Positions 33,412 to 42,787 of a DNA stretch of 43,638 nt are shown in pieces (position 1 is the first letter of the stretch; every line of letters starts with the position of its first letter). The position numbers and the translations under genes are program-made. The notes under the pieces were generated by a model, which saw only the letters and a list, made by a program, of their open reading frames with translations, had not been told where the DNA came from and did no database searches. This DNA is from a virus (Duplodnaviria; Caudoviricetes): positions 1 through 43,638 of IMG/VR virus record IMGVR_UViG_3300022897_000005, one strand, 5' to 3'.

Positions 33412-34238
33412 CCTGCCATCACCCCCTCCACCTTCCCGAACGGGCCGTCTTGTCGGCGCGCGGCCCACTGGGCCAGCTGCGCGATCTCGTGCCCCTTGGC
33501 CTGGATCAGGGTCTCCTGTTGCATGGCGTAGGCCGTCTCATCCAAGAAGATCCCGCCCTTGCAATGCGTGGTCTTGATGGCCGTGTCCACGCCCACCTTC
33601 AGTCCGGCCGCCGCCGCCCGGATGCAGAAGGACAGATCCTCGCTGTATGTCCGAGGAGTCCCCTGGCCGCCGCCATCCGCGAGAGTGATCGGGCTGAACG
33701 GGTTGGAGCCCAGAATCTCCAGGGCGGGCCGATCGATCAGCAGGCACGCCGCGCCGGTCCCGGCCACGGTCTGGAACTCGTCCCGCCGGTACTTGGCCAG
33801 GTGACGGAAGCCCTTTTCGCCCGAGTCCTCGATCTCCAGGAATTCGTACAGGGTGGGGATGATCCGGAACCGCTGGCCATGGAAGGGAGCCTCGGCCAGA
33901 TCCGGGTCCTGCTTCTGGGCGAAGCAGAGCGCGCCCAGGACATCCGCATCGTTGGCCTCGGCGCTGGCCACCATCCGGTCCACGGTGTCAGGGCTGAAGC
34001 CCATGTCCGTGTCCACAAACCACAGCCACTCGGCATCGCTGGCCAGGAAGCGTTCCACGATCTCATTGCGGCCGGCGGCCATGCCCATGGCTCCGGCCAC
34101 TTTGCGGAAGTACTGGCCACCCGGGCGGATGATCTGCTGGGAGATGGCCTGATCTCGCAAGAGCAGTTCGGCCCAGGACAGGCCGAAGCATGGCGCCCAC
34201 TCGCGCCCGTTGTCCAAGAATCCCGGAATGACCGTCAT
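33408..34238 (-). CDS. GT-A fold glycosyltransferase
   Basis: GRNEIVERFL...WLWFVDTDM (DxD), GTGAACLLIDR, SEDLSFC; ATG at 34238 with RBS GGGAG. Confidence 0.8.
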   Translation of the reverse strand: MTVIPGFLDNGREWAPCFGLSWAELLLRDQAISQQIIRPGGQYFRKVAGAMGMAAGRNEIVERFLASDAEWLWFVDTDMGFSPDTVDRMVASAEANDADVLGALCFAQKQDPDLAEAPFHGQRFRIIPTLYEFLEIEDSGEKGFRHLAKYRRDEFQTVAGTGAACLLIDRPALEILGSNPFSPITLADGGGQGTPRTYSEDLSFCIRAAAAGLKVGVDTAIKTTHCKGGIFLDETAYAMQQETLIQAKGHEIAQLAQWAARRQDGPFGKVEGVMAG

Positions 34239-34302
34239 GCGTTGCTCCCTGGCAGGGTTGGTCCGGCGGCCCGCCACCCTGCCAGGGACGGGCCGCCGGG
34301 GA

Positions 34303-34650
34303 TCACTTGATCTTGCTCGCGCGCGCGGCCGGGGGCTTCACGTCCGCCACCTGGACCGAGCTGGCCTCGGTTGCCTGGCCGCCCGGCTTGGGGCGGTTGT
34401 CGCCCTCGTCCGGAGCCTCGTCCAGGCTGGCGTGCGAACCGTCCGGATTGATCGGGCCGAGGGTGTCCGAGACGAACACCTCGCGCCCATCTCCGGCCGT
34501 GACCGTCTTGCCGCCCACGTGCTGGTCCAGCGGAACCTTGTCGTCGAAGTCCGGATCGCCCGACTTTGCCTTCTCGTGCACCATCTTTGCCTCCACGTCA
34601 GCTGACATAGGACCTGAAGTCCTATCGTTCCCTGTCCTGAGGTAGCCCAT
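34303..34650 (-). CDS. Hypothetical low-complexity protein after capsid
   Basis: Coding-like GC3; start could instead be ATG at 34608. Confidence 0.55.
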   Translation of the reverse strand: MGYLRTGNDRTSGPMSADVEAKMVHEKAKSGDPDFDDKVPLDQHVGGKTVTAGDGREVFVSDTLGPINPDGSHASLDEAPDEGDNRPKPGGQATEASSVQVADVKPPAARASKIK

Positions 34651-34680
34651 GCCCTACCCGGAGGTAGGGCTGGCCCTCGC

Positions 34681-36138
34681 TTACGCCGTGGTCTTGTCCT
34701 GAAGCAGACGGAAGGCCAGGTCATTGACCGAGTCGGCGCCGTTCCGGAAGTGCATGTACCAGGCGCGCCGACCGTCCGGGAGGTTGTTGCTGGTGTTGAA
34801 CAGGTGCGGGATGAATTCGATGGAGGTCGAACCCGGCTTGTCCACGATCACGTAGTTGCTGAAGTCGCCGAAGACCAGCAGGTTGTCCACGGTCGTGGTC
34901 TGCGAAACGGCCGGCATGGTGAACGACTGATTGAACTTGTGGCCCAGCAGCTGCTGGGTGAAGGGCTGGGTGAGGTCCGTGGTGTACGTCGCGCCCAGGG
35001 CGGTGCCCAAGGCCTGGATCTCGCCCAGGAACTTCGGGTTGCCCAGCCACTCGGACGAGTCGGTCCAGCGGTCCCCGAGCGCGTTGGCCACGCCCTGAAG
35101 GTCGGCCAGGGTCCAGGTGTGCCCGGTGGCCAGCTGGATCTCCACGTTCGTGTTGGCGTCCAGCGCCACCACGATGCCGGTCGGGGCCGAGGTGCCGTTG
35201 CCCGAGACGTGGGCCGCCGCCTCCAGCCGGGTCCGGGAGTCGGCCAGCAACATCTGGACGTCCGAGCCCAGGGACGCGATGTCCTCGAACGACTCGATCG
35301 AGGCCTGAATCAGGCTCTTGGCCGCGAACACCGGGATCTGCACGGGCGCGAACGGCGGGGTGTCGTCCGAGACCTCGGTCAGTTCGCCGTCCCACGAGGC
35401 CGTGGAGCCGGCCGTGGTGACGCCGTTCCACTTGTTGGCCCCGCCGGTCAGGGTGACCACCCGGGACATGGTGCGGACCACGTCCTTGGCGCCCGAGTTG
35501 GTGAGGATCAGGGTCGGGTCCAGGTGGGTCGGGACGAGGTAGCCGCCGGCCGTGTTGGTGCCCACCGCGATCGCCGCGCGCTCGGCCTCGTTCAGGAGGA
35601 CCGCCTGGCCGATCGTGATCTTCTCGAACGCGCCGATGTAGTCGTCCTGCATGCGGGCCAGGATGTTCATCGCCCAGGAGGTGTCCCGCGCGTGGCGCTT
35701 GACGTAGCCCTCGAAGCTGGCCCGCCCGGTGTCGCGCACGTCCAGGGTGTCCATGGCCTTCAGGTTGGAGGTGACCAGGGCCCGGGTGATCTCGCCCTTG
35801 TCCATGTGCTGGTTGTTGGACCGCAGGATCTCGAACGGATCCGTCTGCACCATCACCTCGGGGCCGCGCCGGGCGGTCCGCTCGATGTGACCGCCGGCGC
35901 GCTGGTCGCCCGGCTCACCCTGGGCGGCCAGGTCGGCGGAGCGCACGACCTCCAGCCGGTCCTCGTACTCCAGGGCGTCCACCCGCTCCACGTCCAGGTT
36001 TTCGAACAGCTCCAGGGCCGCATCCGAGCGCGCAATGTCCGCGTCCGTGGGCTCTTCCAGCTCGGCGACTTCCAGGACGATGGCCCGCTGGGCCTCCTGC
36101 TCAGTCGCGAGCTGCTGACTGGTCTTCCGCTTTCCCAC
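34681..36138 (-). CDS. Major capsid protein (HK97 fold, with delta/scaffold domain)
   Basis: N-terminal helical region; AGGYLVP, GNGTSAPTGI, LVFGDFSNY motifs. Confidence 0.92.
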   Translation of the reverse strand: MGKRKTSQQLATEQEAQRAIVLEVAELEEPTDADIARSDAALELFENLDVERVDALEYEDRLEVVRSADLAAQGEPGDQRAGGHIERTARRGPEVMVQTDPFEILRSNNQHMDKGEITRALVTSNLKAMDTLDVRDTGRASFEGYVKRHARDTSWAMNILARMQDDYIGAFEKITIGQAVLLNEAERAAIAVGTNTAGGYLVPTHLDPTLILTNSGAKDVVRTMSRVVTLTGGANKWNGVTTAGSTASWDGELTEVSDDTPPFAPVQIPVFAAKSLIQASIESFEDIASLGSDVQMLLADSRTRLEAAAHVSGNGTSAPTGIVVALDANTNVEIQLATGHTWTLADLQGVANALGDRWTDSSEWLGNPKFLGEIQALGTALGATYTTDLTQPFTQQLLGHKFNQSFTMPAVSQTTTVDNLLVFGDFSNYVIVDKPGSTSIEFIPHLFNTSNNLPDGRRAWYMHFRNGADSVNDLAFRLLQDKTTA

Positions 36139-36832
36139 CGATTACTCCCGCGTTCAAACGTGCGCGGTTGCGCAGCACGTGAATGGTCCGGGAGTGGCGA
36201 AGTGCCGAGTCCTCGGTGGCGGGCTCAGTGGCGGGGCCGGCGGCGTGCCCTGAGGTGCTGGCGACGATCTTACGCACCATCTCCTCCAGCGCGCCAGCAT
36301 CCTGACTACGCAGGGCCAAGATCTCGGCGCCGTGGTAAGCGGGACTCGGCGTGGGCCCGTACTCCCGCAGGCCCAGCTCGGTCCGGGTGATGTGCCGCCG
36401 GCCAGCGCGCTGGGCCTCGTCGGAGTGGATGATCCGGCCTCGGAAGGACTGGCCCTTGATCTGGCCGTCCCGGATCGCCTCCAGCACGGCGTCCGCCATC
36501 TGGCTCTTGTTGTACCGGGTCACGGTGAGCAGGCCGCGCGCGTCGGCCTTGATGTCCAGCGGGGTGCCGATCGGGACGGCGCCCACCATGTTGGGTCGGC
36601 CGCTGGCGTCATATCCGTGGTTGTAGAGCACGCCGATCCGAGCCAGGTTGCCCATGCCGATAGTGCGGTTGAAGGCGGTCCGGGAGATGCGCTCCACGTA
36701 CTGGCCGTGCTGGTCCGAGATTTCGGCATCCTGATCGAACACGGCCGCGTACGCGGTCACGGTCCGGCCGTCGCCCGAGCGGTTGATCTCGATGTCCGCC
36801 AGATCCCAGACACGCTCGAAAGTCTCGATCAT
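36101..36832 (-). CDS. HK97-family prohead protease
   Basis: AYAAVFD...ERISRTAF...LYNH...DARGL...GQSFRG...LREYGPTPSPAY. Confidence 0.88.
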   Translation of the reverse strand: MIETFERVWDLADIEINRSGDGRTVTAYAAVFDQDAEISDQHGQYVERISRTAFNRTIGMGNLARIGVLYNHGYDASGRPNMVGAVPIGTPLDIKADARGLLTVTRYNKSQMADAVLEAIRDGQIKGQSFRGRIIHSDEAQRAGRRHITRTELGLREYGPTPSPAYHGAEILALRSQDAGALEEMVRKIVASTSGHAAGPATEPATEDSALRHSRTIHVLRNRARLNAGVIGGKAEDQSAARD

Positions 36833-37344
36833 CCCGCGTACGCCTTTCGATTCGCGCCGCTCTTGCTCACGTGAATGGTCTTGGCCGGGGCCGGGCCCTT
36901 CTTCTTGGCCGGCGGGGCCGTCTTGCGGACGGGTACCGCCTTCTTGGCCGCCGCCTTGGCCGGCCGCTTGGCCTTCAGGCCCTTGGTCGTCTTCAGCTTG
37001 GACAGCAGGGCGGGCGTGGCCACGCCGTCCACCTTCATGCCGAGCGCGCGCTGAGCCTTCTTGATGGCGGCCGTGGTCCGGGGACCGAGCTTGCCGTCCA
37101 GCTTCAGCGGGTGCCCTTGGCCGTCCGTGAGGCCCAGACGGTTCAGCTCCCCCTGGAGGGCGTGGACGCGGTTGTCTCCGCCCTTCTTGCCGTAGCCGGC
37201 GCCCGAGCGGCCGTTGTACGACAGGCCCTCCGAGCCGGATGTGTCCTTGGTGGTGGTCGCGCCCTTCTTGGCGAACTTGCCGCCCTGGCGAGGGTGCAGA
37301 GCCTCGCTCCAGGTGGCCCGCTCCAGCTCTTCGATATCGGTCAT
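36829..37344 (-). CDS. Peptidoglycan-binding-domain protein with Lys/Ala-rich tail
   Basis: VHALQGELNRLG...DGKLGPRTTAAIKKAQRALGMKVDGVA; N-terminal WSEALHPRQGGKF. Confidence 0.75.
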   Translation of the reverse strand: MTDIEELERATWSEALHPRQGGKFAKKGATTTKDTSGSEGLSYNGRSGAGYGKKGGDNRVHALQGELNRLGLTDGQGHPLKLDGKLGPRTTAAIKKAQRALGMKVDGVATPALLSKLKTTKGLKAKRPAKAAAKKAVPVRKTAPPAKKKGPAPAKTIHVSKSGANRKAYAG

Positions 37345-39602
37345 GCCGGGCCCTCCAGGTCAGCCAACGCCTTATCGATCTTCTTGATTACGCCCGGAGA
37401 TGTGATGTCCATGGGGAGGTCCGTGGCGTCCCGGCCCAGGTCCAGCTGAAGGCGCCACTCGGAATCGATCCAACCACCGTCGGTCACGGTGTTGAGGAAG
37501 CCGTCTCCCTCGCGCCGGTCCAACTTCCAGGTCAGGTCTCCCCACCCGGCATGGATCACGCCCTCGCCCATCTCTTCTTCCGGGTCCGGAGCATCGTCGT
37601 TGCTGAGTGTTCCGGCCTTATCCTGCGCGCGGACCTTGGACCGATACTCGCCTACGGCCTTCTTGCCATCGGTCTGCGCCTTGGTCATCACCGTGCGCAG
37701 CTCTTGGACGCCGTGCTCATCCAGCTCGATGGTGCGGCCCTTGTCGGCCGCACGCCAGAGGTTCTTGTCTCCGGAATAGACCAGGCCGAGCCGTAGCTTG
37801 GCCCCGCCCGGCGTGTTGACCTTGGCCATGACCAGAGCGTTGTCATCGTTCGTGTCCAGGACGAATGCGCTTCCGCCGAAACTCTCGCCCGGACCCAGCT
37901 TGATCCGATCGGCCAGCTTCAGCGGATCCGGACCCGAGAAGAGCTTGCCGCCGGCCACGTGCGCGAACTGGCCATCGCCATCTCGGACGTACTCCCGGGA
38001 CCGCGCAGCTTCCGGATCGTCCACGAGCGGAGCGTTGGGATCTTCCTCGATCGGCTCCCCGGTCAGCGGATCGATCCCGGCCATGGCTGGGTCTTCCTCG
38101 GGCTCGGGAGCCATCTCCAGCTCGGTCAGGTCTCCGTCCGTCACGGCCTTGACGATGGATTCCAGTTCGAAGGCGTTACCGCCGGCCAGGCCAACAATCG
38201 AGGTGGCCTGGGTCGCGACCACGGCCGCTTCATCGGCAGGAGTCGGGCCCTTGTCCTGCGCGCCCGGGGGCTGGAGCTGCACGCTCATCAGGCCAGAGTG
38301 CTGGAGCTGGGACAGATCTTCGGCCAGGACGGCGGCCAGGCTGGACTCGGGCGTCCAGCCGCTGGCCACGGCCGCGTTGATCGTGGCCACGGTGGTGGAC
38401 TGGACCTCGGCCAGGTCCTTGATGTCCTCACGCAGGAAGGCCACGTCTCGGGCGTCGTACCAGAGTTCGGCCCCCGCCGGCTCGGCCAGCAGCGGCGCCA
38501 CCGCGCCCACGAACGACTTCCATTGCGGCCGAGCGAACGAGTCGCCATAGGCTCGGCGCGCCTGGCCGTAGTTCGAATAGGTGGCCGAAGCCAGACCCTC
38601 GGACAGGCCCACGATGATCGGCGGCACGCGGCCGGCGGCACAGATCCTCGTCTCGCCCGCGCCCTGAACGTTCTTGAAATCGAGCTGCTGGAGGTTGGCT
38701 CCGATGACCTTGACGTCCGCGCCGCCGCCCAAGTACAGGTTCTTGTAGGCGTTTTCCACGCCCACGGACGCGTCGTTCATCTCCTTGACGAACTGACGGA
38801 ACTGCTCGATCGTCACCGTCTCTTTGAGAGACACGGCCAGGTTGGGGGTGGCCGCGTTTTCGAAGAACTTGACCTTGTGCTTGGTGGCCATCTTGTCGGA
38901 CTGGATCTCATTCAGTACCGGCGTCAGCCAGGACATGCCCCGGTACTGGGCTTCAGGGTCCGGGATCGGGGACCAGTGCACACAGTCGGCCAGGGTATCG
39001 CCGTCATAGCGCGGGGCCAGGTAGAGCCGACGCTGGCCGCCCGAGTAGGGCCCGCCCACCGTGTAGCTGTAGCCCACGATGTTGGCCTCTACGGCCTCGT
39101 CCGGGGCCGCGTCAAGGATGAACTGCATCCAGTCTGGCCGCCGGCGGAGCAGCCGCTGGCCGTCATCGGACCGGGCCAGGAAGAACGTCCCGGCGGCGGT
39201 TACGTCCTGTTCGGCGCGCGCGAGAAGGGCCTGGGTCGTGCCACCCGGCCACGGCCGCTCCAGGATGCGAAGATCCGGATTGCCGAAGAGATCGTTGCCG
39301 CCGCCGGAAGTGCCGAGCCGACGGAACTTGAAGGTGACATCCGAGAACAACATCATCCGGGCCATGCTCACTGCGAACACCACGCCGTTGGCCTTGTACG
39401 CCCCTTGAGTATACCCAAGGAAGGTGTCCAGGATCGGCTCGGCCCGCTGGCCGGGATAGGTGGTGGTGTACCCGACACCGCCGCTCGGGTAGTACAGATT
39501 CGATTGGAATTGGACCAACTGGTCCACGTAGCCCTGGAACGAGCCGTCATTGCGCTCGATCTCGGTCGGCTTCCAGCGGACCAGATCACGCAGGAAGCTC
39601 AT
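37341..39602 (-). CDS. Portal protein (HK97-type) with long C-terminal extension
   Basis: YRGMSWL, FFENAATP, ICAAGRVPPIIVG, ATYSNY motifs; ATG at 39602 overlaps the terL stop. Confidence 0.9.
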   Translation of the reverse strand: MSFLRDLVRWKPTEIERNDGSFQGYVDQLVQFQSNLYYPSGGVGYTTTYPGQRAEPILDTFLGYTQGAYKANGVVFAVSMARMMLFSDVTFKFRRLGTSGGGNDLFGNPDLRILERPWPGGTTQALLARAEQDVTAAGTFFLARSDDGQRLLRRRPDWMQFILDAAPDEAVEANIVGYSYTVGGPYSGGQRRLYLAPRYDGDTLADCVHWSPIPDPEAQYRGMSWLTPVLNEIQSDKMATKHKVKFFENAATPNLAVSLKETVTIEQFRQFVKEMNDASVGVENAYKNLYLGGGADVKVIGANLQQLDFKNVQGAGETRICAAGRVPPIIVGLSEGLASATYSNYGQARRAYGDSFARPQWKSFVGAVAPLLAEPAGAELWYDARDVAFLREDIKDLAEVQSTTVATINAAVASGWTPESSLAAVLAEDLSQLQHSGLMSVQLQPPGAQDKGPTPADEAAVVATQATSIVGLAGGNAFELESIVKAVTDGDLTELEMAPEPEEDPAMAGIDPLTGEPIEEDPNAPLVDDPEAARSREYVRDGDGQFAHVAGGKLFSGPDPLKLADRIKLGPGESFGGSAFVLDTNDDNALVMAKVNTPGGAKLRLGLVYSGDKNLWRAADKGRTIELDEHGVQELRTVMTKAQTDGKKAVGEYRSKVRAQDKAGTLSNDDAPDPEEEMGEGVIHAGWGDLTWKLDRREGDGFLNTVTDGGWIDSEWRLQLDLGRDATDLPMDITSPGVIKKIDKALADLEGPA

Positions 39603-41188
39603 GCGTAGACCGCCCACGGCGCCGGCGGGGCGGCCGGCTCCAGGCCCTTGGACACTCCCCAGAGCGCATGAGTGATGGAGACCAGCGGAGTGATGTCCGT
39701 GGTGGCCGTTCGCCGGTCCCAGGCGTGGCCATCGCCGATCGGCCGCTTGCCCGCTCCCCCGAGTGCCAAAGTGATCTCCGCCTGTCCGAGGTGAGCGATG
39801 GAGCGGTCCTGCTCAGTCTTGCCCGTGGCCGCATCATAGATCATGCCGAAGGCTGAAGCGACGTCCCGACTGGTCATCGTCTGGACAATGATCCCAGCCT
39901 CCTCCAGGTCGGGGATCAGCGAGCCGGCGGGGGAGCCTGGATCCACCACCACCACACACTTGCCATTCTTAGCCTGGAACTGACCGATGATCTCCAGCAC
40001 CCAGGCCGTACCCGGGCCGTTCATGATCAGTTCCAGGTGCCGCTTCTCGTCAACGCGCCGCTGAGCCAGGGAGATCGAGGCCCGGACAGCCCCGGCCGAG
40101 CGCGGGCTGACGTCCACGGCCAGGACAGGGCGGCCGAGGAGCTCGGTCGGAGGAGGTCCGCCGGCTAGCTCGGTAACGATCTTCAGGACGGTGCCCATAC
40201 TCGGCAGGAGTGTCTCCGTGTCCCATTCGTCCGAGCCCGAGCGCTCATCCACCAGAGCTTCCCACTGAGCCTTGGTGATGATCGTGAAGCCCTCGGACAG
40301 GTCCGGCGGCCAGAGGCCGATCCGCTCACGGGCGAACCCCACCGGGTCCATGGCCACGCGCTCGCGTTCGATCGCCTCCACCGTGACCCGGCCAGGGTGG
40401 GCAGGGTTGGTGCGAGCCCAGACCTTCGGATCGTCCAGGATGCAGCCAACCGAGCGGCCGGCCTGGTGGGAGCAATTGCTGGACTGGCACGGCCCGATCT
40501 GGTCCAGCTCGGCGTCATGGCCGTAGTCGATATACATCATCCCGGGGGCCCCGGCCAGGGCGGCCCGGCGCGCGGCGTAGAGCGGTTCGGCCGTGCCCGA
40601 CTCCAGGGGCGGGGAGCTGAAGAGCCAGAGCTGAGGGTTGGGTCGGGCGGACATGGCCGGCAGGGTGGCCGAGACCTGAGGTGCGGTCAGGGCATAGGCC
40701 TCGTTCCAGACCAACTTATCGAAGCTGAAGCCTCGGCCGGCGCCCTTGGACCGAGCCAGCCAGCGGGCCCGACGGCCGTCCAGTAGCTCCACGCCTTCCT
40801 CACCGTTGGTATTGATCACCTTCTTGACCTGGCGGCGGAGGTCGTCCGTGTTCTCGATCAGAGCAATCACGCGGCGGAAGGACTCCATGGCCGTCTTGTA
40901 CTCATGGGCCGAGACGCCCACCAGGCGCTCTCCGGTGATGAACAGCCAGCCCAGGATCAGAGCCTCGATCTCGGCATCCTTGCCATTCTGGCGCGGCGCG
41001 ATCACGGTGTTCTGGAAGCTGGCCCACTTGCCTTGCAGGGTCTCGCGTAGACCACAGTCCAGGTCCCGGCATTGCCACGGGTCCAGCTCCAGGCCGGCGG
41101 ACAGGGCCAGCTCGGCGAAGTCCGGCCCGCTGGAGTACGGCGCGTCGGCCGGATAGTGCATGAGCCTAGGCAGGATCAGCTCGGACAT
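39599..41188 (-). CDS. terL: Terminase large subunit
   Basis: LDPWQ, PRQNGKD, GRGFSFDKLVWNEA, AVDVSP and DITPLVS motifs. Confidence 0.9.
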   Translation of the reverse strand: MSELILPRLMHYPADAPYSSGPDFAELALSAGLELDPWQCRDLDCGLRETLQGKWASFQNTVIAPRQNGKDAEIEALILGWLFITGERLVGVSAHEYKTAMESFRRVIALIENTDDLRRQVKKVINTNGEEGVELLDGRRARWLARSKGAGRGFSFDKLVWNEAYALTAPQVSATLPAMSARPNPQLWLFSSPPLESGTAEPLYAARRAALAGAPGMMYIDYGHDAELDQIGPCQSSNCSHQAGRSVGCILDDPKVWARTNPAHPGRVTVEAIERERVAMDPVGFARERIGLWPPDLSEGFTIITKAQWEALVDERSGSDEWDTETLLPSMGTVLKIVTELAGGPPPTELLGRPVLAVDVSPRSAGAVRASISLAQRRVDEKRHLELIMNGPGTAWVLEIIGQFQAKNGKCVVVVDPGSPAGSLIPDLEEAGIIVQTMTSRDVASAFGMIYDAATGKTEQDRSIAHLGQAEITLALGGAGKRPIGDGHAWDRRTATTDITPLVSITHALWGVSKGLEPAAPPAPWAVYA

Positions 41189-41190
41189 GG

Positions 41191-41227
41191 ATCACCCCCG
41201 AGCCCAGCGTACGGGCTCGGGGGTGAT
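41191..41227 (-). promoter_or_regulatory. 15-bp hairpin sequestering the terL ribosome-binding site
   Basis: ATCACCCCCGAGCCC/GGGCTCGGGGGTGAT ends 2 nt before the terL ATG. Confidence 0.6.
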
Positions 41228-41233
41228 GATCGA

Positions 41234-41554
41234 TCAGACCTTGATCAGACTCTTGAGCTTGATCGTGAGTTCGCCCATGTCGTGGTAGTCCAGAGCGTCC
41301 TCGTCGTAGGCCTTCATGATCAGCCCGTCCACCACCTCCGGATCCAGCTCCTCGGGTCCCGAGATCATGGTCAGGCGCGGTTCGGTCATCCACTTGCCCC
41401 GGTGGTATGAGCAGGCGCATCTCTCGGCCGGGTCCAGAGACCCAAGAAAGGTCACCACCCCGGCTGAGGCGAGATAGGACTCCAGCTCTCCGCACCAAGC
41501 GTGGGTCAGAGTCATATTGCGGAGGATGTCCAGCAGGGCTTCTGTCTTGATCAT
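41234..41554 (-). CDS. Hypothetical moron (leaderless)
   Basis: AGGTCTGCTATACTAGACCT directly before the ATG. Confidence 0.65.
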   Translation of the reverse strand: MIKTEALLDILRNMTLTHAWCGELESYLASAGVVTFLGSLDPAERCACSYHRGKWMTEPRLTMISGPEELDPEVVDGLIMKAYDEDALDYHDMGELTIKLKSLIKV

Positions 41555-41574
41555 AGGTCTAGTATAGCAGACCT
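41555..41574 (-). promoter_or_regulatory. Most symmetric copy of the promoter/operator motif
   Basis: AGGTCT-GCTATACT-AGACCT then ATG. Confidence 0.8.
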
Positions 41575-41577
41575 ATC

Positions 41578-42051
41578 TCAGCTGTACCAGACCGATCCGA
41601 CGCGATCGTTCCAGGCCGAGCCGAAGAACTGACTCATGCTGGTGATGTAGTTGACGCCGTTCTGCGCGATCTGAACCGATACCGAGCCATAACCAGCCGT
41701 GACGGAACAGTAATTGTCGTCCGAGTAATGCAGGTAATGGGCCGGCGCTCCGGTCACGGCCGCGCGGTTGATCATGGACGAGGAGATCTCATTGGCCACG
41801 GCGCCGCCCGGCCATCCGGTCTGACCGGACCAGGGGAAGGACCAGCAGGTGTTGCCGTACAGATTCTGCACATGGAACCCATATCGGCCGCCGCCGAACT
41901 GGTCGTCAGCGTAGAAGCAGACCCATCCGTCCTGGCAGCCCTGGATGGTGGACATCTGCCGGTACTGCATCGGCGCGGCCTCGGCCGGGGTGGCCATGAG
42001 GCCGAGGCCGATCAGCAAGGTTGCCGCGAGCGCGGCCAATCGCTTCATCAT
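41578..42051 (-). CDS. Secreted peptidase inhibitor I36 / beta-gamma-crystallin-like protein
   Basis: Signal peptide ending PAEAA; CQDGWVCFYADDQFGG, NEISSSMIN, NDRVGSV; leaderless ATG at 42051. Confidence 0.7.
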   Translation of the reverse strand: MMKRLAALAATLLIGLGLMATPAEAAPMQYRQMSTIQGCQDGWVCFYADDQFGGGRYGFHVQNLYGNTCWSFPWSGQTGWPGGAVANEISSSMINRAAVTGAPAHYLHYSDDNYCSVTAGYGSVSVQIAQNGVNYITSMSQFFGSAWNDRVGSVWYS

Positions 42052-42656
42052 GCCTTGACAATAGCAGAGGGAGGGCCCCACTGATCAGCCATGGCCTTGG
42101 CAATGCACTGGAACGTGAGCGAGCGATCCCGAGAGCGGCGAACCCCGCCAGCTCCGGACAGCGATCCGGATGTCCGGGGCCGATTGTCCACGTACGCGCG
42201 CAGATCCGTCGGCTTCTCAGTGAAGGCCGGAACGAGACGTGGAAGATTCTTGAGCCACAGCCCGGTAGTTTTCTGGTACGGCTCTCCCCAGTGCCAGGGC
42301 TGAATATACTGGTCAGCCAGCCGGATCTGGGTACCGATGGCCCCGGCCGGATTCTCGATGGCGATGCTCGGGATCGGAGCAAACATGAGATCCATAACGA
42401 ACTCCAGTGCACGCTCCCGCTCCTGCTGGATCTGGGCCCAGCGCCAGGCGTTTGACTTGGTCAGGTAGGTGCACGGCGGGAACGCCACCATGAGGTCCCA
42501 ATCCAGCCAGCGGGAGACCTTCAGTGCATCCCGTTGGAGGTGAAAGGTCGGGTCACCCTCGGTTGGCTCCAGGTCGCAGGACCAGGCGTCATGCCCGTTG
42601 GCACGGAACGCATCCCGCACTCGACCGCTGAACTCACAAGCAACCAAGACCTTCAC
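42048..42656 (-). CDS. Phage DNA cytosine methyltransferase-like protein
   Basis: KVLVACEFSG...SCDL...FPPCTYL...IENP...RSLTF...AMADQWG. Confidence 0.75.
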   Translation of the reverse strand: MKVLVACEFSGRVRDAFRANGHDAWSCDLEPTEGDPTFHLQRDALKVSRWLDWDLMVAFPPCTYLTKSNAWRWAQIQQERERALEFVMDLMFAPIPSIAIENPAGAIGTQIRLADQYIQPWHWGEPYQKTTGLWLKNLPRLVPAFTEKPTDLRAYVDNRPRTSGSLSGAGGVRRSRDRSLTFQCIAKAMADQWGPPSAIVKA

Positions 42657-42787
42657 AGCCGGCCCGCCTCGGCCAGCAGATTCACGATCTCGGCCTGGCG
42701 ATCCAGGTCGGCCTGGGTCCAGGGCTCGCTCTTGTAATCCAGGCCGGTCAGTTCGTTTTCCAGGGCCTCGGCCATCTCGTTGCTCAT
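42653..42787 (-). CDS. Small acidic protein (44 aa, leaderless)
   Basis: TGCTATAGT-N6-ATG; GTGA overlap with the methyltransferase. Confidence 0.6.
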   Translation of the reverse strand: MSNEMAEALENELTGLDYKSEPWTQADLDRQAEIVNLLAEAGRL

